Assembly (NCBI GenBank): GCA_030426385.1 | Contig: JAUHYI010000028.1 | Location: forward strand, 10,032 to 50,031 | Source of the DNA: Phycisphaerae bacterium | GTDB taxonomy: Bacteria; Planctomycetota; Phycisphaerae; Phycisphaerales; Phycisphaeraceae | Direction of reading: 5' to 3' | DNA: 40,000 nt | Shown: piece by piece, positions 1-9,077 of the stretch | How the letters are laid out: every line of letters begins with the position of its first letter | Numbering within the stretch: position 1 is the first letter of the stretch | Position numbers and translations under genes: made by a program | The notes under the pieces: model-generated | What the model was told of the DNA's origin: nothing | Databases searched by the model: none | The model's input: only the letters and a program-made list of their open reading frames with translations

Positions 1-2043
1 CCGTTTGGGTTTGGGTTTGGGTTCTTCCGGCGTTTTCTTGGGTGCCTTCTTTTTGCGTTTGGCTTTTTGCAGTTCCGGAAAATTACCATGTCCATCGGAT
101 GTGGTGTTTAACGATTCGATGGCGACCGGTTCGAGTTCTTCTTCGTATTCGTCGGCGTCGTCAGGTTCTTCGTCAGGGGCCAGGAAATCGCCAGCGATGG
201 AATCTTCATCATCATCTTGGGCGTCGCCCTGATCGTCGTGGCCAGCATCCTGATCCAGTTCCCGAGCGACATCCTCAGCGGATGCTTGGAAACCTTCCGG
301 GTTGACGCCTTCAGGGGTGACGAAATTGCCTTCGACCAGATCCGCATCATCCTCTTCCTCATCATTCTCAGCGACGGCCTGGCCTTCGATGTCGTCGGCG
401 TCATTGTCTTGATCGCTGGGAAGTTCATCGGGCGTTTCGGCGGCAACGCTCGCGGCAGCGGTGACTTCACTGACGGTTTCAAATTCACCGGCCACCGCTT
501 CATCGGCTGCTTCGGCCAGTAGATCGTCAATGTTACCCACGTCGCCATCTACTGCGGCTTCGGCGGTGTCGTTTGAGGCGGCCTCGGCAGTATCAGGCGT
601 TTGCGAAGCGGCGTTGAGCAGTTGATCGAGTTGCGAAGCCAGATCGCCGCCCGCGTCTTTGGCTGATGCTGCGTCGTCTTTTGCAACTGCGTTTGCGTTT
701 GCGTTGACGGTTTCGGTTGACTCGCTGTTGCTTGCGTTGGGATCACGCAAGCTCGCAGTGGGTTCGACCGGTGCGCTGCTGGCCTGATTGAGCAATTGGT
801 CAAGTTGGGATGCGAGATCACCACCGCCTGCGGGCGCTTCGGCAGCGACCGGTTCCGGTTCTTTCTTTTCAGGTTCTTCGTTGAGGAACTGATTGGCCAA
901 CGCATCGAGTTGGCTGTCGTCCATCGTTTCGGGGTCGGCGGTATCTTCAGACTCGTCGGGTTTTGACTCGGCTTGGGCTTGGGCTTCTTTGGCTGCTTGA
1001 GCGATTTTTTCTTGTTCTTCTTTTGCTTTTGCTTTTGCTTTTGCTTTTGCTTTTGCTTCGGCTTGGGCTTCGGCTTTTTTTGCCGCTTCGATGGCTGCGA
1101 CTTCTTCTTCCTGTTCGATCGAATCGCCGAACTCCGCCAGGGCGTTGGCCAGTTCAGCAGGATCGACAGGGTCGGACTCGATCTTGATGTCCTCAACGAT
1201 CGCGGGTTGCGCGTTTGCCTCAGAATCCGCTTCTGTTTTTATTTCCGTCTCCGTCTCCGGTTCTGGTTCCGGTTCCGGTTCAGCAGAAACCTCGACGGGC
1301 GTTTCGGCAACGGTTGGCGCCGGGTCAGGTGCGGTGGTGGCGGTGTCATCGACCGATGCGTCGGCGTTGTCTGATTTTGCGATCTCGGGTTGGGTCTCGC
1401 GGGGTGGTGCGTCGGCCACGATGGGTTCGCTGGCGGCTTCCGTTTGGGGTTCTACTTGTTGAGCTTCGACTTGAGGTTCTGCTTGAGCTTCCAATTGAGC
1501 TTCGCCGATGTCGTCGCTGATTGGCTGATCATCGATTGCATCTGCCGCATCAGTTGGTGGGGGTGGGGGGGGGGCAGCCACTTCGCTTGCTAATGCGACG
1601 GCTTCATTGATCGCGTCCTGCATCTGCTGTTCGATATCGTCATCACGAGCGACTTGGTCTGCGGCAGAATCGACGTCGCTGAGTACGTGAGCTTCGTTGT
1701 TTTGCTCATCGGTCTCATCGGATTTGGCCAAATCCTCTTCGAAAGCGGCGAGCATCATGGCTTCGATCTCTGCCGGGTCGGTAGCACCGGCGCTTGGGGT
1801 AGCCGATGCTGCCGGGGAGTCAGCCGTCGCCGCAGCGGTTGCTGGAGGCGGCGTAGTGGGTGGTGGTGGCGGGGGGGCGACTTCGCCATCGTCGCTGATG
1901 AGTTGTTGCGAGGCTTCTTTGGATTCTTCCTCGATCAGGCCTGGTTCTTCTTCCTCGATGCGAGCGAGCAATTCGTCGAGTTGAGCCCCGAGGTCTGCGG
2001 GCTTTTTGGCGCTGCTGACATCGCTGTCGCCGTCGGCGATCAT
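1..2043 (-). CDS. Large acidic low-complexity protein of unknown function; 3' end lies beyond the window, 681 codons visible
   Basis: The minus-strand frame is open from 2043 down to 1: plus-strand triplets 1-3, 4-6, ... contain no TTA, CTA or TCA. ATG at 2043-2041, with an in-frame stop just upstream at 2091-2089. It is absent from the ORF track because it runs off the left edge. Translation starts MIADGDSDVSSAKKPADLGAQLDELLARIEEEEPG and is D/E/A/P/Q-rich, with an (AK)6 run and two GGDLASQLDQLLN copies. No recognisable catalytic domain in the visible part. Confidence 0.6.
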   Translation of the reverse strand, partial: MIADGDSDVSSAKKPADLGAQLDELLARIEEEEPGLIEEESKEASQQLISDDGEVAPPPPPPTTPPPATAAATADSPAASATPSAGATDPAEIEAMMLAAFEEDLAKSDETDEQNNEAHVLSDVDSAADQVARDDDIEQQMQDAINEAVALASEVAAPPPPPPTDAADAIDDQPISDDIGEAQLEAQAEPQVEAQQVEPQTEAASEPIVADAPPRETQPEIAKSDNADASVDDTATTAPDPAPTVAETPVEVSAEPEPEPEPETETEIKTEADSEANAQPAIVEDIKIESDPVDPAELANALAEFGDSIEQEEEVAAIEAAKKAEAQAEAKAKAKAKAKAKEEQEKIAQAAKEAQAQAESKPDESEDTADPETMDDSQLDALANQFLNEEPEKKEPEPVAAEAPAGGGDLASQLDQLLNQASSAPVEPTASLRDPNASNSESTETVNANANAVAKDDAASAKDAGGDLASQLDQLLNAASQTPDTAEAASNDTAEAAVDGDVGNIDDLLAEAADEAVAGEFETVSEVTAAASVAAETPDELPSDQDNDADDIEGQAVAENDEEEDDADLVEGNFVTPEGVNPEGFQASAEDVARELDQDAGHDDQGDAQDDDEDSIAGDFLAPDEEPDDADEYEEELEPVAIESLNTTSDGHGNFPELQKAKRKKKAPKKTPEEPKPKPKR

Positions 2044-2189
2044 TTCGGGGTCGGATTGGTTGGTTTCATCAGGCAACGGGAGCCATCCTCAGGCGATAGT
2101 CGATACACTTGGCCCAGCGGTTGGGTGGCATAGGCAATATCGGCACAACCACCGGGCTCAATACAACCGGTCACAGCGAGTTCTATTCT

Positions 2190-3002
2190 ATGTATCGTTT
2201 TTATCTGACCAATTGGCCGCACGAACTATTGGCATCGGGGTTATCAGACGCGACGAGCGATGGGGAGGCGTGGGGGGTGCTGGATGTGGAACAGGCCAAG
2301 CATGCGCGGCGGGTTTTACGATTATCGGACGGTGACCGGGTTGAACTGTTTGATGGACAGGGGCACGTCGGCGTCGGGGTGTTGGGCCAGGGACGCGATG
2401 TTCGGATCGAACGGGCGTGGCAAGTACCTGCGGTGTCACCACGTTTGACGATCGCGTCGGCCGTTCCCAAAGGGCCGCGAGCCGATGCGATGGTGGATCA
2501 GTTGGGGCAATTGGGGGTGAGTCGATTTATTCCGATGGCGACGACCCGTTCGGTGGTGCGTCCACGAGATGCGAAATTGGACCGGTGGTCGCGGGGTGCG
2601 ATCGAAACGGCCAAGCAGTGTGGCCGAGCATGGCTGATGGAAATCACGCCGATGCTGGGGTTTGATCAGGTGTTGGGCATGGTGGAGCAATTCGTCAGCC
2701 GACGCGGGGAAAGTGCGCTGCATGAAGAACGGGAAAGTGGCGACGCAAGTGGAAGTGAAAACGACAATGGAAGTGGTGGGATTTGTGTGATGGGGTTGCC
2801 TGAGTCGGCCGGTGCGATTTCGCCGTTGGAAGTGAAGTCAGCCGCGGAGATCATGGTCATGATCGGCCCGGAAGGTGGATGGACGGACGATGAGATTGCC
2901 CAGGCGAAGGCGATCGGCGTGCAGGGTTGGACGTTTGGCCCCCATGTGATGCGGATTGAAACCGCCGCGGTAGCCGCCGCCGCGCTGGTGCGCGGAAGAT
3001 GA
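2190..3002 (+). CDS. rsmE: 16S rRNA (uracil1498-N3)-methyltransferase RsmE
   Basis: MYRFYL N-terminus, HARRVLRL..GD.VELFDG motif, and C-terminal IGPEGGWTDDE plus RIETAAVAA SPOUT-knot motifs typical of the RsmE family. ATG 2190 is preferred over the track start at 2109. Confidence 0.85.
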   Translation: MYRFYLTNWPHELLASGLSDATSDGEAWGVLDVEQAKHARRVLRLSDGDRVELFDGQGHVGVGVLGQGRDVRIERAWQVPAVSPRLTIASAVPKGPRADAMVDQLGQLGVSRFIPMATTRSVVRPRDAKLDRWSRGAIETAKQCGRAWLMEITPMLGFDQVLGMVEQFVSRRGESALHEERESGDASGSENDNGSGGICVMGLPESAGAISPLEVKSAAEIMVMIGPEGGWTDDEIAQAKAIGVQGWTFGPHVMRIETAAVAAAALVRGR

Positions 3003-3035
3003 CGTTGAAGATGAAGATTGTTTTTGCCAGTGGCT

Positions 3036-3449
3036 CTAGGTTGGCAGGGATTGGCGGGGGCGTGCACGCAGGGCTGGGAGGCAGAACTGTCGGTGATGAA
3101 AGCCCGCGAGAATGGGCGCGGTGAGCAGAATGGCTACGCAGGGTAATTGCGAGATGAACCCCGCGAAGTGGCCTTGGAATCCGGCCAGTGTGGCGTTGAT
3201 GAAAATGATCAGCCCGGTGAACAGGCAGACGCCGTTGGCCCCCCATTGCAGGCCGCGCGCGGTTTCAGGCAATGGGCTTCGCGGTATTTTGAGCAGCATG
3301 CAGAGATTCATCGCCGCCGCGGTGGGCATGGCGAGAATGGCGAGGATGGTGATGACCCAGGTATTGCCCGAGGCGATTGCCGCGATCAGCGAACCGAGGC
3401 CGAGCGTGGCCAGAGCAGCGTTGGTCAGGATGCAAGCGTTGTAACGCAT
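3036..3449 (-). CDS. Hypothetical small integral membrane protein (about 4 predicted TM helices)
   Basis: 137-aa ORF with successive hydrophobic stretches (LATLGLGSLIAAIA, VITILAILAMPTAAAM, VCLFTGLIIFINATLAGF, LPCVAILLTAPILAGF). No family recognised. Confidence 0.45.
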   Translation of the reverse strand: MRYNACILTNAALATLGLGSLIAAIASGNTWVITILAILAMPTAAAMNLCMLLKIPRSPLPETARGLQWGANGVCLFTGLIIFINATLAGFQGHFAGFISQLPCVAILLTAPILAGFHHRQFCLPALRARPRQSLPT

Positions 3450-3755
3450 GACGTAAGAATCCGGTGTGGGTCGATCGTGTTCGCGAAGCCGGCGGGTTTG
3501 ATACGATTAAAGGATGCGGCGATGATGGCATGACCGTTTGGGGGTCACGTGAACCGTTCGCGGCACGTTTTAGCGAGTCGCGGTATCGTGACTGACGTTG
3601 TGGCCGTATGAGCGACAACGTCCGCCACTGTTATTGGTCGGCGCAACCAAGGGAGGGGTTTGGTCAGGTGGCGATAATTTTGCATCTGGCTGGTAAAAAA
3701 ACGCGGATTGGCCCGCATAACTGATACGTTCACTATCACCCAGACAGGTTAAACC

Positions 3756-4571
3756 ATGACTGACTCCCAATCCGCACGACCAAACCCAACCAACCCAACC
3801 GGTGGACGTCCTGGCGCAGGCCAACGTCTGGTGCCACCGCCTGCGCCCGACCTTGATGAGAAAGGCCGAGCGTCGGATGGATCGGTGCTTAGCAGTGATC
3901 GGCGATTGTTCATGCAGTTGCACGTGTTCAGCGATTGCAGTGGTGGGGCTGGTGCTTGGAGTGGGAGTGGTGCTGGGGTAACAGGCGCGGTTGATGCGAT
4001 TAAGCAAGCGAAATTGCCCGCAGTGGTGTACGAGGATGTGCGCGATCCGCGCGGCTTGGCCGTGCTGACGTATGATGCGGAACCCGATTTTTTTGTGGAT
4101 CGGGTCAGGCCTGTGTTGGGAACCGAACCATTTGCATCGATGACCGCGAAGCCGGATTACACGATGTTTGGCCGAACGTATACGTTGGGATATGAGCCTG
4201 ATTTGCAGGAAGCGTTGTTTGATAGGCCGATCCGACACGCGACCAATGCCGATTGGCCCTGGGCGATCTGGTATCCGTTGCGACGGGCCGGTGCGTTTGA
4301 GCAATTGCCTGCGGATGAGCAGCGGAAGATCCTGATGGAACACGGGACCATCGGGCGCAGCTTTGGCGAAGCGGATTTAGCCCATGATGTGCGCCTGGCA
4401 TGTCACGGTTTAGATGCGCATGATTGCGATTTTGTGATCGGGTTAATGGGCAAAGCATTGCAGCCGTTATCCGGAATTGTGCAACGCATGCGCAAGACGC
4501 AACAGACGTCGTTGTACCTGGAACGATTAGGTCCGTTTTTTGTGGGCCGAGTCGTGCATATCGAGCGGTGA
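3756..4571 (+). CDS. Chlorite dismutase family protein (Cld-like / HemQ-like heme-binding ferredoxin-fold protein)
   Basis: The translation contains the family-typical C-terminal region WAIWYPLRRAGAFEQLPADEQRKILMEHGTIGRSFG...DVRLACHGLD..DCDFVIGL. The N-terminal 50 aa are low complexity. Confidence 0.7.
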   Translation: MTDSQSARPNPTNPTGGRPGAGQRLVPPPAPDLDEKGRASDGSVLSSDRRLFMQLHVFSDCSGGAGAWSGSGAGVTGAVDAIKQAKLPAVVYEDVRDPRGLAVLTYDAEPDFFVDRVRPVLGTEPFASMTAKPDYTMFGRTYTLGYEPDLQEALFDRPIRHATNADWPWAIWYPLRRAGAFEQLPADEQRKILMEHGTIGRSFGEADLAHDVRLACHGLDAHDCDFVIGLMGKALQPLSGIVQRMRKTQQTSLYLERLGPFFVGRVVHIER

Positions 4572-4624
4572 AATACCGATAGGGGTATAGGCATCCCGTT
4601 CGAGCGAAAATCTCGGACGTAGGC

Positions 4625-4697
4625 GCATGTGGGGGGACGTGGGAAGGAAAATTGCGCGGGGGAAAGTGGGTGGCGCGGGGGAAATGTGGGGGGGTAA
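4625..4697 (+). repeat. G-run repeat block (GGGGGAAATGT family), intergenic, G-rich on the plus strand
   Basis: catgtggggggacgtgggaaggaaaattgcgcgggggaaagtgggtggcgcgggggaaatgtggggggg. The block ends in a G7 run about 75-95 nt upstream of the downstream plus-strand gene. Confidence 0.8.
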
Positions 4698-4791
4698 GGA
4701 TTGCATTGGTATCGCATGGCCACAAGCGTGGTCGCGAGTGTACTGCTAACACGAAATTAATTGTAAGAATTTGCAAAGAAAAGGTTTTGCC

Positions 4792-6261
4792 ATGGATCAA
4801 GCTCCCCCTGCCAATCTCACGACCCGTTTGGAAAAAGCTCGCGCCACGTTGAGCGCGGTGGGGCAGGCCCATCTGTTGGATCATGTCGAGGCTCTGTCCA
4901 CGGATCAGGCTGACCAGTTGTTGAGTCAGATCGAAGGCATCGATTGGCCCGAGGTGGGGCGGTTGATTGAATCGCATGTGAAGCAGAAACCGAAATTCGA
5001 AATGCCTGACGATATCAAGCCCGCGCCGTGGTACCCGAACATTCCGTTGGGCAGTCACCAGGCGTTGTACATGGATGCCCGCCAAACCGGCGAGGACCTG
5101 ATCCGGCAAGGCAAGGTGGCCGCATTTACGGTGGCTGGCGGTCAGGGTACGCGTTTGGGATGGGATGGTCCCAAGGGCACATTCCCCGCGACGCCGATGC
5201 GTGGGTTCCCCTTGTTTGGATGTTTTGCGGAGTACCTGATCAAAGCGCAGGAAAAATACGGGACAGTGATTCCGTGGTACATCATGACAAGCCCGGTGAA
5301 TGATCAGCCGACGCGTGATTTTTTGGCTGAGCATGACTACTTCGGTTTGGACTCCGCCAACGTGATGATTTTCCCTCAGGCGATGATGCCTGCGGTGGAT
5401 ATGGCCAACCATAAAGTGTTGTTGGCCGACGCGGATAGTTTGGCGTTGTCGCCCAACGGCCACGGCGGATCGTTGAAAGCGCTGTGGACCAGTGGTGCGA
5501 TTGCGGACATGAAAAAACGCGGCATCGAACAAATTTCCTACACGCAAGTCGACAATCCGATTGTGCGCATGGTTGATCCGTTGTTCATCGGATTGCACGC
5601 GCTCGACAAAGCCCAGATGTCGTCGAAGATGTTGCCCAAAGTTGAGCCCTTGGAAAAACTAGGCAATTTCTGCATGGTTGGCGACAAAATGACCGTGATC
5701 GAATATTCCAATTTGCCCGAGGAATTGGCGCATCAGCGTTTGACCAATGGCGATTTGCGATTCCGGGCAGGCTCGATTGCGATCCATGTGATTCGCGTGG
5801 ATTTTGTCGAGTCACTCAACACGAGCGAGCATGGTTTTTCATTGCCATGGAATCGTGCGGAGAAAAAAGTCGCGTTCTACGATCCTGCGACCAAGCAAAC
5901 GGTGAAGCCGGAAGCGCCCAACGCGATCAAAATGGAAACGTTTGTGTTTGATGCGTTGCCGATGTGCGACAGTTCGATCGTGTACGAAACCGATCGCATG
6001 GATGAGTTCGCTCCGGTGAAGAATGCGGACACGCCTGCCGGTGAGCCGGATGCGGTGGATTCGCCCGCGAGCAGCAAACACATTCAGACCGAACGTGCCG
6101 GAGCCTGGCTGCAACAGCGTGGCGTGACCGTGCCACGCAACAGCGAGGGTCACGTTGACGCGGTGATCGAAATCAAACAGACCACCGCGATCGAATCAAG
6201 CGATCTGGCATCGGTGGAATTGCCCGACGCGATCGAGCCAGGGTCGCAGTTGTTGCTGTGA
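4792..6261 (+). CDS. UDPGP-family nucleotide-sugar pyrophosphorylase, UAP1-like (UDP-N-acetylhexosamine pyrophosphorylase type)
   Basis: AGGQGTRLG signature, PKG..P, WYIMTS, LSPNGHGG and YTQVDN motifs characteristic of the eukaryote-type UAP1/UDPGP family. ATG 4792 is preferred over TTG 4771. Confidence 0.8.
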   Translation: MDQAPPANLTTRLEKARATLSAVGQAHLLDHVEALSTDQADQLLSQIEGIDWPEVGRLIESHVKQKPKFEMPDDIKPAPWYPNIPLGSHQALYMDARQTGEDLIRQGKVAAFTVAGGQGTRLGWDGPKGTFPATPMRGFPLFGCFAEYLIKAQEKYGTVIPWYIMTSPVNDQPTRDFLAEHDYFGLDSANVMIFPQAMMPAVDMANHKVLLADADSLALSPNGHGGSLKALWTSGAIADMKKRGIEQISYTQVDNPIVRMVDPLFIGLHALDKAQMSSKMLPKVEPLEKLGNFCMVGDKMTVIEYSNLPEELAHQRLTNGDLRFRAGSIAIHVIRVDFVESLNTSEHGFSLPWNRAEKKVAFYDPATKQTVKPEAPNAIKMETFVFDALPMCDSSIVYETDRMDEFAPVKNADTPAGEPDAVDSPASSKHIQTERAGAWLQQRGVTVPRNSEGHVDAVIEIKQTTAIESSDLASVELPDAIEPGSQLLL

Positions 6262-6332
6262 CTGGTTGCGATGGGTACGGACGGATGCGGGCGGGGCATG
6301 AAAAAAAATATTCAAAACGCCATTGCCAGGGG

Positions 6333-6360
6333 TTGATCCTGTGACGAACAGTCGTACAAT
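6333..6360 (+). promoter_or_regulatory. Candidate sigma70-like promoter (TTGATC-16 nt-TACAAT) upstream of the SET-domain gene
   Basis: TTGATC at 6333-6338 and TACAAT at 6355-6360 with a 16-nt spacer, 34 nt upstream of the GTG at 6394. Promoter consensus in this lineage is uncertain. Confidence 0.3.
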
Positions 6361-6393
6361 GCTGCGCGTTACCGCGATCCCGCAACGAACACT

Positions 6394-7173
6394 GTGTCAC
6401 GGCGGACGGTCACGGAGCAAGACCACCCGACATTCGATCGGGTTTGCCGGTTTCACCATCCCATGATTCACCCATCCACGCGGGTTTGCCACGTCAATGA
6501 CCTGGTAGGCAATGGTGTTTTTGCGACATCATTTATCCCTATGGGCACCATTGTCTATGTCAAGGACGCGCTCGAAGCCGTCGTGACCCCGGACAGTCCC
6601 TTGTTGCAAGACGAGCGTTACGCGCCGACATTGAAAAAATATGCCTACACTGACAGTGAAGGCAATCTGGTGCTCAGTTGGGACATCGGCAAATTCGTCA
6701 ATCACTGTTGCCAGGCCAATACGCTATCGACTGGCTATGGTTTTGAAATTGCCGTGCGCGACATTCAGGCCGGCGAAGAAATTACCGACGACTATGGCCT
6801 GTTCAGTTTCGACGATGAAATGTCGTTGTGTTGTGACAATGGACCATGCCGACGCGTCGTGCGTGTTGAGGATTTTGATGACAACGTAGCTCGGTGGGAT
6901 AGCCTGACATTCGCGGCGATCCGTCATCTGCGCGAGGTGGATCAGCCCTTGTTATCCCTGCTTGATGATGACGTGCTCACTGCGTTGCAACACGATCTGG
7001 ATCGCGACTTGCGTCATGCAGACTCACTGCGATCGGTCGCCACGTTGCGGCATAAGTCCGAGCCGATCACACGTACCCACCTCGCGCGACGGCGAATGCG
7101 TCAAACCGCCTCGGCCGTGGCCAGTTTGACGCCTGTGATGCTCACGGTGACTGCCGTGCCAGTCATCGGATAG
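6394..7173 (+). CDS. SET-domain protein (putative protein lysine methyltransferase)
   Basis: GNGVFA..IP.GT, the NHCCQAN (NHSC-like) motif and the EEITDDYG motif, followed by a Cys-rich post-SET-like CCDNGPCRR. The start is ambiguous (GTG 6394 or ATG 6463). Confidence 0.75.
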   Translation: MSRRTVTEQDHPTFDRVCRFHHPMIHPSTRVCHVNDLVGNGVFATSFIPMGTIVYVKDALEAVVTPDSPLLQDERYAPTLKKYAYTDSEGNLVLSWDIGKFVNHCCQANTLSTGYGFEIAVRDIQAGEEITDDYGLFSFDDEMSLCCDNGPCRRVVRVEDFDDNVARWDSLTFAAIRHLREVDQPLLSLLDDDVLTALQHDLDRDLRHADSLRSVATLRHKSEPITRTHLARRRMRQTASAVASLTPVMLTVTAVPVIG

Positions 7174-7189
7174 ACGCCCATTGGACAAC

Positions 7190-7921
7190 TCATCGGATCG
7201 CGGCGAACGGTTGATAGCCCGCCAGCGCACTGGTTTTTTCAAACGTGGGCAACTGTGCCAAATCAACCGGCGACAAGCCCGCGTCGGTGATCCACTGCGC
7301 CCATTGGGATTCATCGAACAGCCCGCACACGTGGCGATCTTCTTCCACGCGCATCGTGCCGTTTTCGTGCAGCATCATCACCATGGTCAACTCGATGGCC
7401 TGGTCCGAAATTCGCGCCACGCGCGACACGTAGGCCAAGCCGTCGTTGCTATCGCTGGCTGTTTCGCCGTCGGTGAATGTTTCGGTCACATACGTCGGGG
7501 CGACCACCAGTAATCCGCCGGGTTTCAGGTGCATCGCTGCCGTGGTGAGAGTGGCTTGCACATCGCTCGCGGTCGTCAGGTAATCGATCGCATCGTGAAT
7601 CAGCACCACATCAAACGCGCGATCCAACCGCAACGTGCGCATGTCGCCAACCACCGTTTCAACGTCGGGCACCAGTTGTCGGCAGTTGGCCAGCATCGCA
7701 TCCGACAGATCCACCGCCACCGCCTGGCAACCTGCCTCGACCAGATGCACCAAGGTATGCCCGCCGCCTGCACCGAGTTCCAACACCGCTGGCACCTGTC
7801 CATCATCCGGCAACACCGCCTGCATCAATTCGATTAACGCCCCGGCCTCCGGCGCATAATCCCCCGGTGGACTCAGCCGCGGCCACCAGCTCGCCAACGT
7901 GTCGTACAGTTTTTCCGCCAT
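7190..7921 (-). CDS. Class I SAM-dependent methyltransferase
   Basis: Motif I VLELGAGGGH, then an acidic loop AVDLSDAML and the post-I/II pattern FDVVLIHDAIDYL. Confidence 0.8.
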   Translation of the reverse strand: MAEKLYDTLASWWPRLSPPGDYAPEAGALIELMQAVLPDDGQVPAVLELGAGGGHTLVHLVEAGCQAVAVDLSDAMLANCRQLVPDVETVVGDMRTLRLDRAFDVVLIHDAIDYLTTASDVQATLTTAAMHLKPGGLLVVAPTYVTETFTDGETASDSNDGLAYVSRVARISDQAIELTMVMMLHENGTMRVEEDRHVCGLFDESQWAQWITDAGLSPVDLAQLPTFEKTSALAGYQPFAAIR

Positions 7922-8035
7922 GTTTTCGCCAAAGATAAACGCGCGTCAGCACCGATGCATGGCTAAACCCGTTTAGCGGGCGACGCGCAGCGTCCCGTTT
8001 TTTTCCATCGACATCAATTCGATATCAATTCGGCA

Positions 8036-8779
8036 TCAATCCCGCTTCGCCCGCACCTTGCGAATCGATTGCTGATGATCAGCCACCCGCGCTTCGGTTT
8101 CCACCGCGATCAATGCAATGATGGCATCACGCACAAAATCACGCACAACCAGGGAGGCTTCGGAATCGGTGGCCGTCCAGGTGTCGATGCGATCACGCGC
8201 CATCGGATTTTCATCAATGACGACATAACTGCGTAATCGATCGAATTGCGATCGCCCTTCATGGTCGCGGTCCCAACTCGCCGTCACCACCGTATCGCGC
8301 AAGCCCGGCGTCAAGCCCGCATCCAACGGAATAAACAGCATCGTATGCAGCGCTTCGGCATCGACAAAAACGCGTCCGCCATCCAGAATCGAATCCACGC
8401 ACCGCTCGATGGTGTTGGCGATCGCAGGCCAACTCGCCGTGCCGACATCGCGCCAACTCGTCGCCAGTTGGTTCAGCGCATCCGCATCCAATGTCAGCAA
8501 ACGTTGTGACATTTGCCGTAACACCGCAGCATCATTTTTATGCGAATAATCGATGGGCACCTCGCCCGCAGTCACATCGTCGCGGACCAGTTCCATCGTG
8601 ATCGTCAGGTAATCATGCATCTGCCTCGCTGCGGGTGCTTCGTCGCCAGCGTTCGCCACACTGACCATACACCCGAGCATGATCGCGACCAGCCATATCG
8701 AACGTATCGATCGCCACGCGTGAAATCGCTGGGTTTGGGTTCGTTGAACCGCAAAACCTGATCCCAGTCTTAGTCCCAT
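8036..8779 (-). CDS. Hypothetical secreted protein (signal peptide); possible longer form starting at 8983 that reads through a repeat element
   Basis: Signal-like segment IRSIWLVAIMLGCMVSVANAGDE. The ATG at 8779 sits exactly at the edge of the palindromic element. The ORF stays open upstream to TTG 8983 (315 aa), but that extension is encoded by the repeat. No family recognised. Confidence 0.55.
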   Translation of the reverse strand: MGLRLGSGFAVQRTQTQRFHAWRSIRSIWLVAIMLGCMVSVANAGDEAPAARQMHDYLTITMELVRDDVTAGEVPIDYSHKNDAAVLRQMSQRLLTLDADALNQLATSWRDVGTASWPAIANTIERCVDSILDGGRVFVDAEALHTMLFIPLDAGLTPGLRDTVVTASWDRDHEGRSQFDRLRSYVVIDENPMARDRIDTWTATDSEASLVVRDFVRDAIIALIAVETEARVADHQQSIRKVRAKRD

Positions 8780-8907
8780 CCCACGAAGAACTCGCACGTT
8801 AGCCGCCGCCTTTATGGCGGCGAGAGGGCCTGTGTTTACCCCACGATTCGTGCCGCCATAAAGGCGGCGGCTAACGATAAACTTCGCGCGTGGTTTTTGT
8901 AAGACTG
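8777..8907. repeat. Palindromic double-hairpin element, copy 1, plus right-hand module; flanked by a perfect 10-bp direct repeat
   Basis: Arms are CGTTAGCCGCCGCCTTTATGGCGGCG (8797-8822) and its near-perfect complement (8851-8876), around a roughly 28-nt spacer. GTCTTAGTCC occurs at 8767-8776 and 8908-8917. Confidence 0.8.
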
Positions 8908-9077
8908 GTCTTAGTCCGACGGCTGATGATACTGATTCAATGCCCATGGTTCTCTCCCATCCACTGGCGTTGTGTTGACCCAAAAATTATTGGCGCTTAT
9001 TCTCGCTTGTTCGCGTTCATGCGCGGCTAAAAAATCAGCCGTTTAATCGCACGCATGCATTACATCTCACGCACGCA

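Noticed and set aside
5-2133. Many track ORFs on both strands in the first 2.1 kb (for example 549-1196 minus, K/Q/P-rich; 108-548 minus; 973-1374, 1091-1462 and 1654-2133 plus)
   Set aside because: All are alternative frames of the same low-complexity DNA. Only the minus frame ending at the window edge is open for the whole 2043 nt, and it gives a coherent acidic protein.
3570-4343. 257-aa minus-strand ORF
   Set aside because: It is antisense to the chlorite-dismutase-family gene, has an R/I/H-rich shadow composition and shows no motifs.
4105-5598. 497-aa minus-strand ORF
   Set aside because: It is antisense to two well-supported plus-strand genes (Cld-like and UAP1-like). Its R/H/P-rich composition is typical of a shadow frame, and it has no recognisable motifs.
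8984-9077. Possible terminator hairpins downstream of efp (CGGCT-N8-AGCCG; CGCG-N6-CGCG)
   Set aside because: The stems are only 4-5 bp and no U-tract follows, so the evidence is too weak to call.
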